A stretch of 64,000 bases of DNA, from the NCBI GenBank assembly GCA_965197745.1, contig CBDANS010000007.1, forward strand, positions 960,001-1,024,000, in the 5' to 3' direction. The first letter of the stretch is position 1, and the number at the start of each line of letters is the position of its first letter. Shown piece after piece: positions 10,954-21,666 of this stretch. This DNA comes from Opitutales bacterium. Lineage in GTDB: Bacteria > Verrucomicrobiota > Verrucomicrobiia > Opitutales > PNEW01. The notes below the pieces were generated by a model, which had not been told where the DNA came from, searched no databases, and was given only the letters and a program-made list of their open reading frames with translations. The position numbers were made by a program, and so were the translations under genes.

Positions 10954-11100
10954 TTACTTTTTCTTCCGTTTTGATGGATCAGGTCGTTTGCTGGCTGCAA
11001 ATATTGTCTTTGCTACATATTCGGGGGATTCATTTATTACCAATGTCCGAGTTTCAGGACGACCTTGTTTTCTTTCTGGTTTTTTATTTTTCTTAGACAT
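10954..11100 (-). CDS. Small basic passenger protein (48 aa)
   Basis: Manual translation MSKKNKKPERKQGRPETRTLVINESPEYVAKTIFAASKRPDPSKRKKK*, starts 6 nt after the preceding ORF. Confidence 0.6.
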   Translation of the reverse strand: MSKKNKKPERKQGRPETRTLVINESPEYVAKTIFAASKRPDPSKRKKK

Positions 11101-11106
11101 TAATTC

Positions 11107-11418
11107 TTATTTATTTTTGATCATATCAATGGTAATTTCTCCGGTCTTGGTTTCTGCGAGTTCAACTCTTGTAAGAATATGCTTAAAGAATTTCTCTAAG
11201 GTATCTTCTTTTACTTTTTGGTGAATCATATGAATTGAAAATGTGTCAATTTTGATCTTTTCGCTGATATTAAGCTGTTCATAAAGGTTCATATCCATAA
11301 TTTCTTCAAACGTATCATATGACTTTATGAGGTTATCGAGCAAGAATTCTGCTTTTTTCCTTAGCGAATACTCTATATCTTGGGTATCAATTTTTCCTCT
11401 CTTCTTTTTGAATATCAT
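11107..11418 (-). CDS. Hypothetical passenger protein
   Basis: 103-aa ORF tightly packed between the transposase and the small ORF. Confidence 0.6.
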   Translation of the reverse strand: MIFKKKRGKIDTQDIEYSLRKKAEFLLDNLIKSYDTFEEIMDMNLYEQLNISEKIKIDTFSIHMIHQKVKEDTLEKFFKHILTRVELAETKTGEITIDMIKNK

Positions 11419-11430
11419 TGTATTTCCTAA

Positions 11431-12395
11431 TCAGGCAGCTTTGGAGCCAATGGGTGATGCAATCAAATCTTCGTATTTAAGTTGTTTACCAACCATTCTA
11501 CGTGCAATCGTCGACATTTGTGTGAGCGTATCCTTACTACGAATATTTTGACGCCCGGCAAACTCGTTAATATACCGATGAAGGTGCTTAATACTCATTT
11601 TATGAAAAGTTCCATGATAACCACGTTTAAATAACGCCCAGAATGACTCTATGCCATTCGCGTGTGCCATCCCATTTACAAACTCACCAGTGCTGTGGCA
11701 AACGGATTTATGTTGGAATATATCTGACAATTGAGAATAGGCTTTGTGTTCATCCGAATATACAGTTGATCCCCGCTCTACAGATTGTCTAACAAAACCT
11801 GCTAATACACCATCTCCAGTTAATTTAATTGTACTAGCTACAACTTGCTCTAACCTCTCCTGATCGTTCTTTTACGCCTACTATAGCAAGTTTTACCAAC
11901 AGTGCCATGTCCAGATTTCAATTTCTTTGATCCATGCTTATTGCGTTCTTTTCCACCGACATAAGTTTCGTCTACTTCCACTGCACCACGCAATTTCCTG
12001 TCACCTATGATAAATGCTTCGCGAATACGTTGCATCATATGCCAAGCTGATTTTTGCGTTATTCCCAATTCGCGATGCAGCTTCATACTAGACACTCCCT
12101 TGAGGCTAGTTGTTGCCATATAAATTGCAATCGCCCACTGCTGTAACCCAAGTTTGCTAGACTCCATAACTGCTCCCTTGCGAACGCTAAAAAATTGCCT
12201 GCAATCTTTGCAACGATACCGCATTGATTTATGGGTTGTGTGAACGCACTTATCAGAACCGCAATCTGGGCAAGTTACCCCATCTGGCCATCGTTGCTTT
12301 TCAAAACATGCTTCCGCAGCATCATCATTGGGGAACATTTTAAACAGTTCTATGACTGTCAATCCTTCTCGATGTGATCTTCCTGGTCCTGACAT
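11431..12395 (-). pseudogene. IS1595 (ISXO2-like) transposase, frameshifted
   Basis: Zn ribbon CPDC..CKDC, KGVSSMKLHRELGITQKSAW, VEVDETYVGG, TVYSDE, NGIESFW; frame breaks around 11845-11890. Confidence 0.92.
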
Positions 12396-12598
12396 AATTT
12401 TTTACCTTATTTAATTGATTTGACTATGGTAACTATACTACCATTAAATATAATAATGTCAAGAGATTTAGTTAATTTTTTCCTTTTTTAAACAATGATA
12501 ACAACAAACGAAAGCATGAATTAGGTTTCTTGATCATTATTCTCTGAATTGGTGTTGGTTTAATTATTATTCTTTAATAATATGTGAATTAAGTGGGA

Positions 12599-13183
12599 TC
12601 ACACTAGTAGTTTACACCTCTCTAGTGTGATCCCATATTCCTCAACAGAACTCAGGGAACCAGTTGCTTCAAATTCATCTCCACGGTTTAGCCCCTTAAG
12701 ATCACCTTTCCAAGAGCGTTTTTTAAATTCGAAATACACACTGACCTCATCCTCTGTTTCGGCGTAAACCTGAATGCAATCATCCTTGTCATCAACATCT
12801 ATTACTTTGGCGCGCATGGTTAGTCTGGAGCCAATGTGTGGCTGAATAATTGGATAAGCCTGAATCGATGTCAGACCTGAAATCATACCCACCAACTCCT
12901 TGGGCGTTTTTCGTGTCAAAAGATCATCAGTATGTGACTGAACAACTGGGCCTGTTCCCAACTGAACTCGCCCCTCGCCTCCAGGGCTGATGTTTTCAGT
13001 CGATGGTTGGCTAAGATTGTTTAACTTTCCCTCTAGCGTAGCAATCCGTTTCTTATAGTTCCGACCAAATATTAATGTGCCTAGCATACCGGTGAGCCCT
13101 CCAAGTATGAGCGACATGACAATCCAAACCCAACGTGCCATGATGATCTGCAGTAAACCACACAAGAAGTTATCCCAATCCAT
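12599..13183 (-). CDS. Membrane-anchored passenger protein, possible C-terminal OB-fold
   Basis: N-terminal TM helix; C-terminal beta-rich ..LKGLNRGDEFEATGSLSSV..ITLERCKL. Confidence 0.65.
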   Translation of the reverse strand: MDWDNFLCGLLQIIMARWVWIVMSLILGGLTGMLGTLIFGRNYKKRIATLEGKLNNLSQPSTENISPGGEGRVQLGTGPVVQSHTDDLLTRKTPKELVGMISGLTSIQAYPIIQPHIGSRLTMRAKVIDVDDKDDCIQVYAETEDEVSVYFEFKKRSWKGDLKGLNRGDEFEATGSLSSVEEYGITLERCKLLV

Positions 13184-13617
13184 CCTATCCGATTATGCAC
13201 CGTAACATAAATCGTCAAGATTTTTGGTAACTTTGGTATATAATTCCCCTTTAAAAGCCCACTAGAGTTTGTCAGATTCCTTTCAGATCCTGGCCGCGTT
13301 CGGGCTACGCCCTCACTCGCCAGGATCTCTCCTATACATCAATCCTAAAACCATTAACACCCGGTAACTCTCTCACTTAATAATTGGTACTAAAAACGGG
13401 GTTCGATCACGAAGCAATTTGATGATCTCCATGAAGGGGCTAATTATGACTTAGAAGTAGATTCAACCTCAACTAATGCATCTGAAAATGTTAATTTAAT
13501 TAAGACATTTTTGATGCTTAAAGATCCTGGTCTGAAAAACCACAATAATAATATCAGCAAAGAAGACATCTGAGGTCAGAGTCTGATTTATGCTATAATG
13601 AAAATTACTATAAAATA

Positions 13618-14103
13618 TTAGGCTTTTTCAATTCTTGCTTGTTTCTTTCTAAAGAAGTTTGGGTTGATTACAAATTCGTACTTCAGCCCATCGGGGTCAC
13701 AAAAGAATGTAGCATAATAACCTTCGTTGTATTCAGTGCATTCACAAGGTGGATCGGTAATTTTACATAATCCTTTTTCTTCCAATGGAACCAGAACTGT
13801 TGAGTAAAACCGATCAACATCCTCTTGGGTGGCTGCACAAAATGCAATATGATGATGATGCCCAACTGCCCAACGAATATATTCGACAGAAGACTGCTCC
13901 TTTTGGGTTTGGGTTATGCTGAATTCATGGGGCGTATTAAGATCCCATCTTTTGTAATCTTGAAATGGATAGTCTCCCTCAAAAACGCTGTCGGTCAGCT
14001 CATAGCCTAAATATTCAAACATCGGACGGTAAAATTGCGATGAACGCTTCACATCCGAGACGACGATGCTTTGGTGATGTAAGAGTCCTCGGTGTGTATT
14101 CAT
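13618..14103 (-). CDS. VOC/glyoxalase family protein
   Basis: LHHQSIVVSDVKRSSQFY, HHIAF, YYATFFCDPDGLKYEFV. Confidence 0.9.
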   Translation of the reverse strand: MNTHRGLLHHQSIVVSDVKRSSQFYRPMFEYLGYELTDSVFEGDYPFQDYKRWDLNTPHEFSITQTQKEQSSVEYIRWAVGHHHHIAFCAATQEDVDRFYSTVLVPLEEKGLCKITDPPCECTEYNEGYYATFFCDPDGLKYEFVINPNFFRKKQARIEKA

Positions 14104-14346
14104 TTTGGGTGTTCCTTTTTTGTAATTAATTGGGCAAATATGTTAGATCGAATTTGCAAATGTTAAACTAACGAGAGAGATACTGCATAAGTTCATCTTA
14201 CGAGAACTGTGTTATGAGGTAGATTGCAAGGATGAATGTTGTATTTAAAGGTTATATTTCTAAAGAAAAACTGAATCAGATGTTTGAAATAGCGGTTGCA
14301 GGGGAACTAGACGTTATTGAAATAAGCGAAGAATTAACAAAAGTCC

Positions 14347-14378
14347 TTGACACTAACTATATAAATATTTATATAGTT
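14347..14378 (+). promoter_or_regulatory. Promoter with perfect 24-bp palindromic operator
   Basis: TTGACA at 14347; AACTATATAAATATTTATATAGTT (14355-14378) covers the -10 region; ATG at 14384, no Shine-Dalgarno. Confidence 0.7.
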
Positions 14379-14383
14379 GTTCC

Positions 14384-14956
14384 ATGAGTCTTGATTACAT
14401 CTTGCTCGGGATGCTAAGCAAACCGGCTAGCGGCTACGACCTCAAGATCGAGTTCAACCAAGTAGCTCGCAATTTCTGGTCGGCTGAACTGAGTCAGATC
14501 TATCCTGCTCTGAAACGCTTAGAAGCCAAGGGACTGCTTGAATGTGCGGTTGAGCCCTCAGCAAAGGGACCGGATCGGAAGGTCTATCGGCGAACGAAGA
14601 TAGGTTGCACCGAACTCGTTAAGTGGCTGGAAGCTGGACCAGTTATGGGAACGCAACGCTTCGCCTACGTCGCACAGCTCGCTTTCTTTGCTGAGTTGGG
14701 CGACTTGGAGCGAACGCTCGACTTCATCCTTGAGCTACGCTCTCAGTTCGTCAGCTTTCTGGCAATGCTCGAAGCAACCGAAGCCGAGATCTCGTTAGCT
14801 GAAGAGGACCTACCTGACGAAACGTTTCATGATTACCTGTGCCTTCGGATGGGCGTGACTTCGATCCACGCCCACATCGCATGGTGTGATGAATCGGTCG
14901 ATCGCATTTGCGAACGACAGCGAAACTTAGGTTCTAAGAAGACGACTCATGATTGA
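14384..14956 (+). CDS. PadR-family regulator with C-terminal dimerisation domain
   Basis: LLGML..SGYDL..FWSAELSQIYPALKRLE..PDRKVY. Confidence 0.9.
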   Translation: MSLDYILLGMLSKPASGYDLKIEFNQVARNFWSAELSQIYPALKRLEAKGLLECAVEPSAKGPDRKVYRRTKIGCTELVKWLEAGPVMGTQRFAYVAQLAFFAELGDLERTLDFILELRSQFVSFLAMLEATEAEISLAEEDLPDETFHDYLCLRMGVTSIHAHIAWCDESVDRICERQRNLGSKKTTHD

Positions 14957-15077
14957 TCTCGTTCATCAAGGACTGTGCTGGACTCATATCTTAATTGGGT
15001 GCGTTTGCCTGATTGCTTCTTGAGCGCCTATCGAAGTCACGCCAATCATTGTCGTTAGACTAAAAACTTTTTAAAAT

Positions 15078-16328
15078 ATGATAGAAAAAATACGAATAAC
15101 TTTTGGGGCTCTGATTTTGGTTTTAACATTAGTCATACCACTACTAGCTAAGCAGGAAAACTCCAGATCTAGACAAATTAAAGAGGCACTTGAGCACGCG
15201 CGTCTTGACCTCATTGAGATTCGTCGTGACATTCACCAACATCCCGAGGTCTCAGGAAAGGAGGAGCGCACATCGCGTCTAGTATCTGAGCGATTGAGAA
15301 CTCTTGGATTAGAGGTGGAGACTGGCGTCGGCGGTCATGGTGTAATCGGCGTTCTTAAAGGGAACAAGCCTGGAACTGTTGTTGCTTATAGGGCCGACAT
15401 GGATGCTGTTTATAGCGAAGCTCTCGATCCCGTACCCTTCCGTTCTAAGATATCAGGTGTCCGACATATTTGCGGCCACGACATTCACACCACTGTAGCT
15501 TTGGGTGTTGTGGAAGCTCTGGTAGCGGTTCAAGATGATCTCCCAGGTACAGTGAAATTTATTTTTCAACCTTCAGAGGAGAATTGGATGGGGGCCTTAG
15601 CTATGATGCGTGATGGGGTACTTGAAAATCCCACTCCAACCGCTATCTTCGCAGTCCACTGTTTTCCAGGGGAGGTTGGACAGATCGGAGTTGTGGATGG
15701 TATGGTTCTTCCAGGGGCTGATCAAATAGTCTTAACGGTCAGTGGAAAGGGGGACACCGAACACGCGGCTCAGACTTATGCAGACATCATTTCAAGCCTG
15801 AGTACCATTGGACCTCTAGGAAGCAGCGGTCCGTCAGACTGGGAAAGATTCATATATGCGCGTGCACACGTCAAAATGGACCCTTCAAATTCGAGCCAAT
15901 GGATTGTGAGAGGATTCGTGAAAGCTTCTAGTGAAGAGGCCTACGCGTCGGCGAAAAGTACGTTCAATAGTCAACTTTCAGATCTCACATTATCGGATAT
16001 CCACTACAAACTTGACTATCAAGATCGGTTATATCCCGACTTGATTAACGACTCCTATCTAGTAAAATCTTCACTAGACCCGATTCGTATTGCTATCGGA
16101 GATGACGGACTGATTCTTGTACCCGTAGCGGTCCCTTATTTTGGTGAGGACTTCGTTTACTACCAACAAAAAATCCCCGGAGTCATGTACTGGTTGGGTG
16201 TTTCCAATTCCGAGAAAGGATTCGTGGGAATGCCGCACAGCCCTGGATTTGTAGCCGATGATGAGTCCGTCATAGTGGGGGCGCGTGCAATGTCGGCAGT
16301 TTTATTGGACTATCTGGAGAACCACTGA
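15078..16328 (+). CDS. M20-family amidohydrolase with signal peptide
   Basis: RRDIHQHPE, RADMDA, HICGHDIH, FIFQPSEE, GEDF, PHSP; its stop codon is the first TGA of the IS. Confidence 0.92.
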   Translation: MIEKIRITFGALILVLTLVIPLLAKQENSRSRQIKEALEHARLDLIEIRRDIHQHPEVSGKEERTSRLVSERLRTLGLEVETGVGGHGVIGVLKGNKPGTVVAYRADMDAVYSEALDPVPFRSKISGVRHICGHDIHTTVALGVVEALVAVQDDLPGTVKFIFQPSEENWMGALAMMRDGVLENPTPTAIFAVHCFPGEVGQIGVVDGMVLPGADQIVLTVSGKGDTEHAAQTYADIISSLSTIGPLGSSGPSDWERFIYARAHVKMDPSNSSQWIVRGFVKASSEEAYASAKSTFNSQLSDLTLSDIHYKLDYQDRLYPDLINDSYLVKSSLDPIRIAIGDDGLILVPVAVPYFGEDFVYYQQKIPGVMYWLGVSNSEKGFVGMPHSPGFVADDESVIVGARAMSAVLLDYLENH

Positions 16329-17615
16329 CCTGTCCCCGTAAAACTGGACCAGGAAAGATTTAGTCTGGCGTGGGTGGAAAACCTAATAAAAATAGGAGAA
16401 AGAACGATCCATGAAAAGCAAAGGTTCACGAGGCACAGCCGAGAAGGCCTGACAAACGATATAATAAAGAACAAATCATCTATGGCCTAAGGCAGGTAGA
16501 AGGCGGACGAAGGATTGCCGAAGTGTGCCGAGAGTTAGGGGTGAGCGAACAGACCTACCATCGATGGAAGAGTAAATACGCGGGCATGGGAATGAGCGAA
16601 TTAAGACGGCTGAAGCAACTCGACGAAGAGAACGCTAGTTTAAAGAAGCTGGTGGCTGATCTGAGCCTGGACAAGCACATGCTGCAGGAAGTTATCTCAA
16701 AAAAGTTATAAAGCCAGTGGGCAAGAAGGCGATTGCTGAGTGGTTAGTGGAAGCTTATGCAGTGAGCAAACGCCGGGCGTGCAGGCTGATGCAGTTGTAT
16801 TGGTCGAGTTATAACTATCAGCCGGTGATGAGGGACGAACGCGCGCTGATTGTGCGCATACGAGACCTCGCCGCCGCGCGTGTGCGCTACGGGTATAGGC
16901 GAATCACGGTGTTATTAAAGCGGGAGGGCTGGTTAAAGCGGGAGGGCTGGTCGGTAGGAAAGAAACGCGTCTATCGGATCTACAAGGCTGAAGGGCTGGA
17001 AGTGCGCACGAAGAAACGTAAGAAGCGTGCCGCGCAAAGGCGGGTCTCACTGCCCGCGGCTTCAGCTGCCCAGGAACGCTGGTCGATGGACTTTATGAGC
17101 GATCGGCTGGTCAACGGCCGCCCTTTCCGCATTCTCACCGTTGTCGATCAGTATACCCGAGCTTGCCCACTGCTTCTGGCCGATACGTCCATCGGTGGTC
17201 ATAAAGTCACTGCAGCACTTACGAAAGCCGCTGAACGAATCGGTCTTCCCGAAACCATTACCGTCGATAATGGTCCTGAGTTTGCCGGCAAAGTAATGGA
17301 TCAGTGGGCTTATGGCCATGGCATCGAGCTGGATTTTATCCGGCCAGGTAAACCCGTAGAAAATGGCTATATTGAGAGCTTCAATGGACGCTTACGAGAT
17401 GAACTTCTTAACACGGAGATATTTTGTACGCTCGCTGAAGTGAAAGAAAAACTTGAAACCTGGCGGCTTGATTATAATACTCAAAGACCACACAGCTCTC
17501 TGGGCTATCGGCCTCCGGCCGAATACGCCCAAAGAGCCATATCTAAGCAAATTAAAACCCATACCACCCTGCCGGATCTAACACTAGCACTGGTACAGTA
17601 AACGGGAGCAGGTCA
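16326..17615 (+). mobile_element. IS3-family element type B (IS407-like), copy 1
   Basis: IRs TGACCTGTCCCCGT / TGACCTGCTCCCGT; orfA from 16411 broken by a 29-nt insert; orfB 16717-17601 with [26 protein letters not shown]. Confidence 0.93.
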
Positions 17616-17665
17616 CCCGGTAACTCTCTCACTTAATAATTGGTACGAAATACGGGGTCCAATCA
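17616..17665 (+). mobile_element. IS3 type A right-end remnant
   Basis: CCCGGTAACTCTCTCACTTAA..GGGGTCCAATCA matches other type A right ends. Confidence 0.85.
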
Positions 17666-17732
17666 TAACATTCCGGAGTATGTGAGCTTTTTTAGTCGTA
17701 CTCGTTTGTTAGACTAAATTGACGGCAAGCTT

Positions 17733-18989
17733 TTGGTGAACGATACTCAAGTACAATCACATTCTATAAAAGGATTTTTTGTCCTTTTTTCTGGTCAATC
17801 TATCTCATTGCTAGGTAGCCAAATCGTTCAATTTGCCTTAGTCTGGTGGTTAGTTCAGGAAACACATTCAGCGACAGTATTAAGCATAGCTGCTATTTTC
17901 GGATTTTTGCCACAAGTAGTCCTTGGACCCATTATTGGTACTTTAGTCGACCGTTGGAATCGTAAACAGGTAATGTTGCTGTCGGACAGCATTATTGCTT
18001 TAGCGACCTTATTATTGGCATGGATCTTCACTATTGGGTCGGTTCAAATCTGGATGGTATACCTCATCATGTTTATTCGCGCATTAGGCGAAGGGTTCCA
18101 AAAACCAGCCATGATGGCATCAATCCCCCTCATGATTCCAGATAAATATCTTTCAAATATTCATGGGGTAAGACAGGCATTTTATGGTGGGCTTCAAATA
18201 ATCTCTGCACCACTTGCTGCCCTTTTGTTGGGTCTTATGCCAACAGTAGCCATTCTTCTAATTGATGTAATAACAGCTCTCTTCGCAATTACTCCCCTGT
18301 TATTTATTATTATTCCACAACCTAATAAAAATCAGGATAGATCGGGAATAGGTAACATACAGTCAGTTTGGGCTGATTTGATCGCTGGTTTTAAGTACGT
18401 GCGGAGCTTGGTGGGACTATTCATACTCGTCGCGTTTATGTCTTTGATTGGTGTGTTGCTAATGCCCCCTTGGATTCTTCTTCCATTATTAGTGACCATT
18501 CATTTTGGTGGAGATGTAATAGACTTGGGTTGGATATTATCAGCGACTGGGATTGGTGAAGTCATCGGTGGGATCACACTTAGTTTATGGGGTGGCTTTA
18601 AAAAACGAATTATTACCGTTATGATTGGTTTAATTGGTATAGGACTTAGCTTAATTATTGTAAGCGTACTACCACCTGCTTATTTTTTAATTGCAGTAAT
18701 GTCCATGTTCCTAGGTGGTTTTATGTCTTCTATAATTAACGGTTCTCAGGTAGCAATTATACAAACTTGTTCCACTCCAGAAATGCAAGGTCGAGTTTGG
18801 ACTATAACGGGGAGTATGATGAACTGTACAACCCCGCTGGGACTTTTGATCGCGGGACCAGTCGCAGACTTAATGGGAATTAAATTCTGGTATATAGTGG
18901 GAGGGATAGGCAGCGTTATTATCGGAATAACCCTTATGCTTATTCCAGCAGTCGTTCACATTGAAGAGGGTAGAGCTAAAGTATCATGA
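17733..18989 (+). CDS. MFS efflux transporter (MefA/DHA3-like)
   Basis: GQSISLLGSQIVQFALVWW, GTLVDRWNRK, EMQGRV; about 12 TM segments. Confidence 0.9.
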   Translation: MVNDTQVQSHSIKGFFVLFSGQSISLLGSQIVQFALVWWLVQETHSATVLSIAAIFGFLPQVVLGPIIGTLVDRWNRKQVMLLSDSIIALATLLLAWIFTIGSVQIWMVYLIMFIRALGEGFQKPAMMASIPLMIPDKYLSNIHGVRQAFYGGLQIISAPLAALLLGLMPTVAILLIDVITALFAITPLLFIIIPQPNKNQDRSGIGNIQSVWADLIAGFKYVRSLVGLFILVAFMSLIGVLLMPPWILLPLLVTIHFGGDVIDLGWILSATGIGEVIGGITLSLWGGFKKRIITVMIGLIGIGLSLIIVSVLPPAYFLIAVMSMFLGGFMSSIINGSQVAIIQTCSTPEMQGRVWTITGSMMNCTTPLGLLIAGPVADLMGIKFWYIVGGIGSVIIGITLMLIPAVVHIEEGRAKVS

Positions 18990-19063
18990 GTTTTTCAATT
19001 AGTCAAAAAGAGTTGGAAGGGGTCAGGCTTTGTATGCTGGTTTTATACTATATTGCCGGAATA

Positions 19064-19370
19064 TGACCTGCTCCCGTTTACTGTAGCAGAGCCAGTGTTA
19101 GATCCGGCAGGGTGGTAAGAGTTTTCATTTTCTTCTGCCAACGAACAAAACTACCTCGGTATAAGAAGTTCATCGCGTAAACGTCCATTGAAAATATCGA
19201 TATAACCATTTTCTGCGGGTTTACCTAGCCGGATAAAATCCAACTCAATGCTGTGGACATAAGCCACAGCATCGAGTACTTTACCTGCAAATTCAGGCTC
19301 ATTATCGACGGTCATGGTTGGGGCAAGATAGAATTCTTCCGAAGCTTTCTAAAGTGCGGCCGTAACCGCG
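19064..19370 (-). mobile_element. IS3 type B 3' remnant, heavily decayed
   Basis: Right IR TGACCTGCTCCCGTTTA at 19064 and degenerate transposase C-terminal sequence; upper boundary approximate. Confidence 0.8.
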
Positions 19371-19514
19371 TTCCACTATAATTGTATTATCAAGAGGGAT
19401 AGACGCAGACCCGTCTTCGTCTCTCGATTACGCCGTGGCAAGCGAGGATTGGTAATAATCTATACTCAGTACTCGCTTAATTGAGGACACGATTAAGAGT
19501 TTCTGATATCTGGC

Positions 19515-19813
19515 TTACGGTTTTGAAGCTTCGACTTCAAGTCTGAGCATGCCAAGATGGGTCATGCCGTCATCGTCTGGAGGGTGGCGATGGAGATACT
19601 CGTCAATAGCCTGTTGAAGAAACTTGTCGCGCTCACTTTCGGGAACTCGCTGTGTGTAGGGCAACCATGTTGTCCGCACCCAACTTTTGAACCCAGGGAT
19701 GTCATGGACCATGTCTTTCGGAATCAATTCAACGCGCTTTACAGCGAAACCAACTTCGGACAGCCAGAGATGATAATCAGCAGGATCATAGAAATTATAG
19801 GGAAAAGTGAAGT
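19515..19813 (-). pseudogene. C-terminal part of SAM-dependent (Tam-like) methyltransferase
   Basis: ..FTFPYNFYDPADY..ELIPKDMVH..WVRTTWLPYTQRVP..RLEVEA; 5' part lost at IS end 19814. Confidence 0.7.
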
Positions 19814-21242
19814 TGATTGGACCCCGTTTTTCGTACCAATTATTAAGTGAGAGAGTTCCCGGGTATTAATGGTTTTAGGATTGATGTATATGAGAGATCT
19901 TGGCGAAGTGAGGGCGTAGCCCGAACGCGGCCAAGATCTGAAAGGAATCTGACAAACTCTTGTGGGCTTTTAAAGCCTAAACGACTATGAGGATGTTCAT
20001 GGTTGTAGGTCTGACGGCATTGTTCGATTACCACGTGCGCTTCAGCCACGCTGAGCAACACATCAGTGTTCAAACATGAGCGCTTCGCTATGTCGTCACT
20101 ACGTTCCTCGGTACATCGGGTAAGCGGTTGTGAAACGGTTCGATGAGACCGTTTATTATTCTCGCTATCGCTCGTTGAGGTGTCTCGCTTCGCTCGGTAG
20201 CCAGGGACTGCCCGGGTCGATATAGATCGTCTTGATGCTTTTGTCGGACAACCACTGCTGCACTTGATGAGCGATAAATGGCTTCGCATGTCGTCGCTTT
20301 GCTCCTCGGAACACTGCCATTGTCACTACGAATATAGTGGGGGGATTCCCTCTTCATCGACGGCTTCGCAGAGAACCGAGAGGACCTCGGTTGAGGTGAG
20401 CTGTCGAGCGACCCGAAGGCGCAAACATTTTCGCGTATATGTCTTCGCTTCGCTTGAGTGTAGTCGCTTTCAGATCCTCGGTACATCGATTAGGGTCATG
20501 ATTTTCAGTGAACCTCCATTATCGCTACGATCATGGATAAAGTCCCAGGACCAGACGTGATTGCGATCGGTTGCTTTAGTGGGAAGCCCAGTAGAGACCC
20601 CTTGACGGTGCCTACGCTTTTTCGGTAGCTTTACCTGCAGTCCTTCTGATCGTCGTACTGCCTGGACAAACTTCCTGCTAGTTGTCCAACCTTCCTTTAA
20701 AAGCAGGGCACGGATGCGCCGATAACCGTAACGGGAATATTCCCAGGATAAGGTCACAATCTGCTCGGCCAACCGTAGAGCTTTCCTGCTGACCTGCTTG
20801 GGCCGGTAGCTGTAGGTTGACCAACTGAGGCTGAGATAGGAACAAGCCCTCCAAAACGAGCACAGCCCCTTCTCAGCCACCTCTTTTACGGCTCGCTTCT
20901 TCTGCTTTGGCTCACCCCTTTTTTGACAGTGTTTCCTCCAATACCTGATTCTTGATCATTTGCTCAGCGAGCAGGTTTTTTAGCTCGGTATTTTCTTTTC
21001 CCAGTTCTTTAAATCACTTCGCATCGGCCAACTCCAAGTTGCCATACTTATTACCCCAGCGATAAAAGCTCTGCACGCTTAGGTTGTTCCCACCGCAGAC
21101 TTCTTGTACCGTCTTATCTGTATCGGCTTGACGCAGTATTGCGATGATCTGTTCTGTTTGTATCTTTTTCTTTGCATTGAGGTTATCTATTTATCCCCAT
21201 AACCTCTCTCGGTATATGATACCATTTTTAGTGGTCACGCCA
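19814..21242 (-). mobile_element. IS3-family element type A, copy 3 (four mini-inserts)
   Basis: Both termini present; orfA/orfB decayed; inserts at 20078, 20155, 20280 and 20441. Confidence 0.93.
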
Positions 21243-21666
21243 AGGGGAAGTGAAAGTGGTATGAACAGCAATGTTTGTAAAATCATGGTAATCCTTGAAA
21301 AAGGTTGCGTAATGTATTCCCGGCTTGGCACATGTGATACACAACGACAACGTATAGTAAACCCGGACAATTGATTGATTTCAATATGACTCTAGACTCT
21401 ACAGCACACTTGGGCAATAAAGGAGCCCATGTCCAGTAGAAAGCTGAAGGAAACCTCCAAGCAATCCTTGACATGATGGTTCGACGTCGTGATAGGTGTC
21501 TGTACAGCAGGTTTATAGCAAGCCCGGCAATACAACCTAAAACACCTCGTTATCGCGGATAAAGCCGGGTCAGACAGCATTGTCAGGGTCCAGTTGTGAT
21601 TAAACTTGCCTCTACTGGGCGCATAAATTCATTGTTTCCAACACAAAGGTCACTTAATCGATATTA

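Larger units (their letters stand above)
10920..13248 (-). mobile_element. IS1595-family element with passenger genes
   Basis: 27-bp terminal IRs GGGAATTATATACC(T/A)AAGTTACCAAAA (26/27 match); 8-bp TSD CTTTAAAA at 10912-10919 and 13249-13256. Confidence 0.95.
9719..13409 (+). mobile_element. IS3-family element type A, copy 2, interrupted by IS1595 element
   Basis: Left end TGGAGTGACCCC, right end GGGGTTCGATCA; orfA 9784-10050, A7 frameshift run near 10037, orfB with DDE motifs; sequence resumes at 13249. Confidence 0.93.

Noticed and set aside
21243..21666. Possible gene remnant between the IS and the att-like repeat
   Set aside because: The frames I translated are interrupted and show no recognisable motif.
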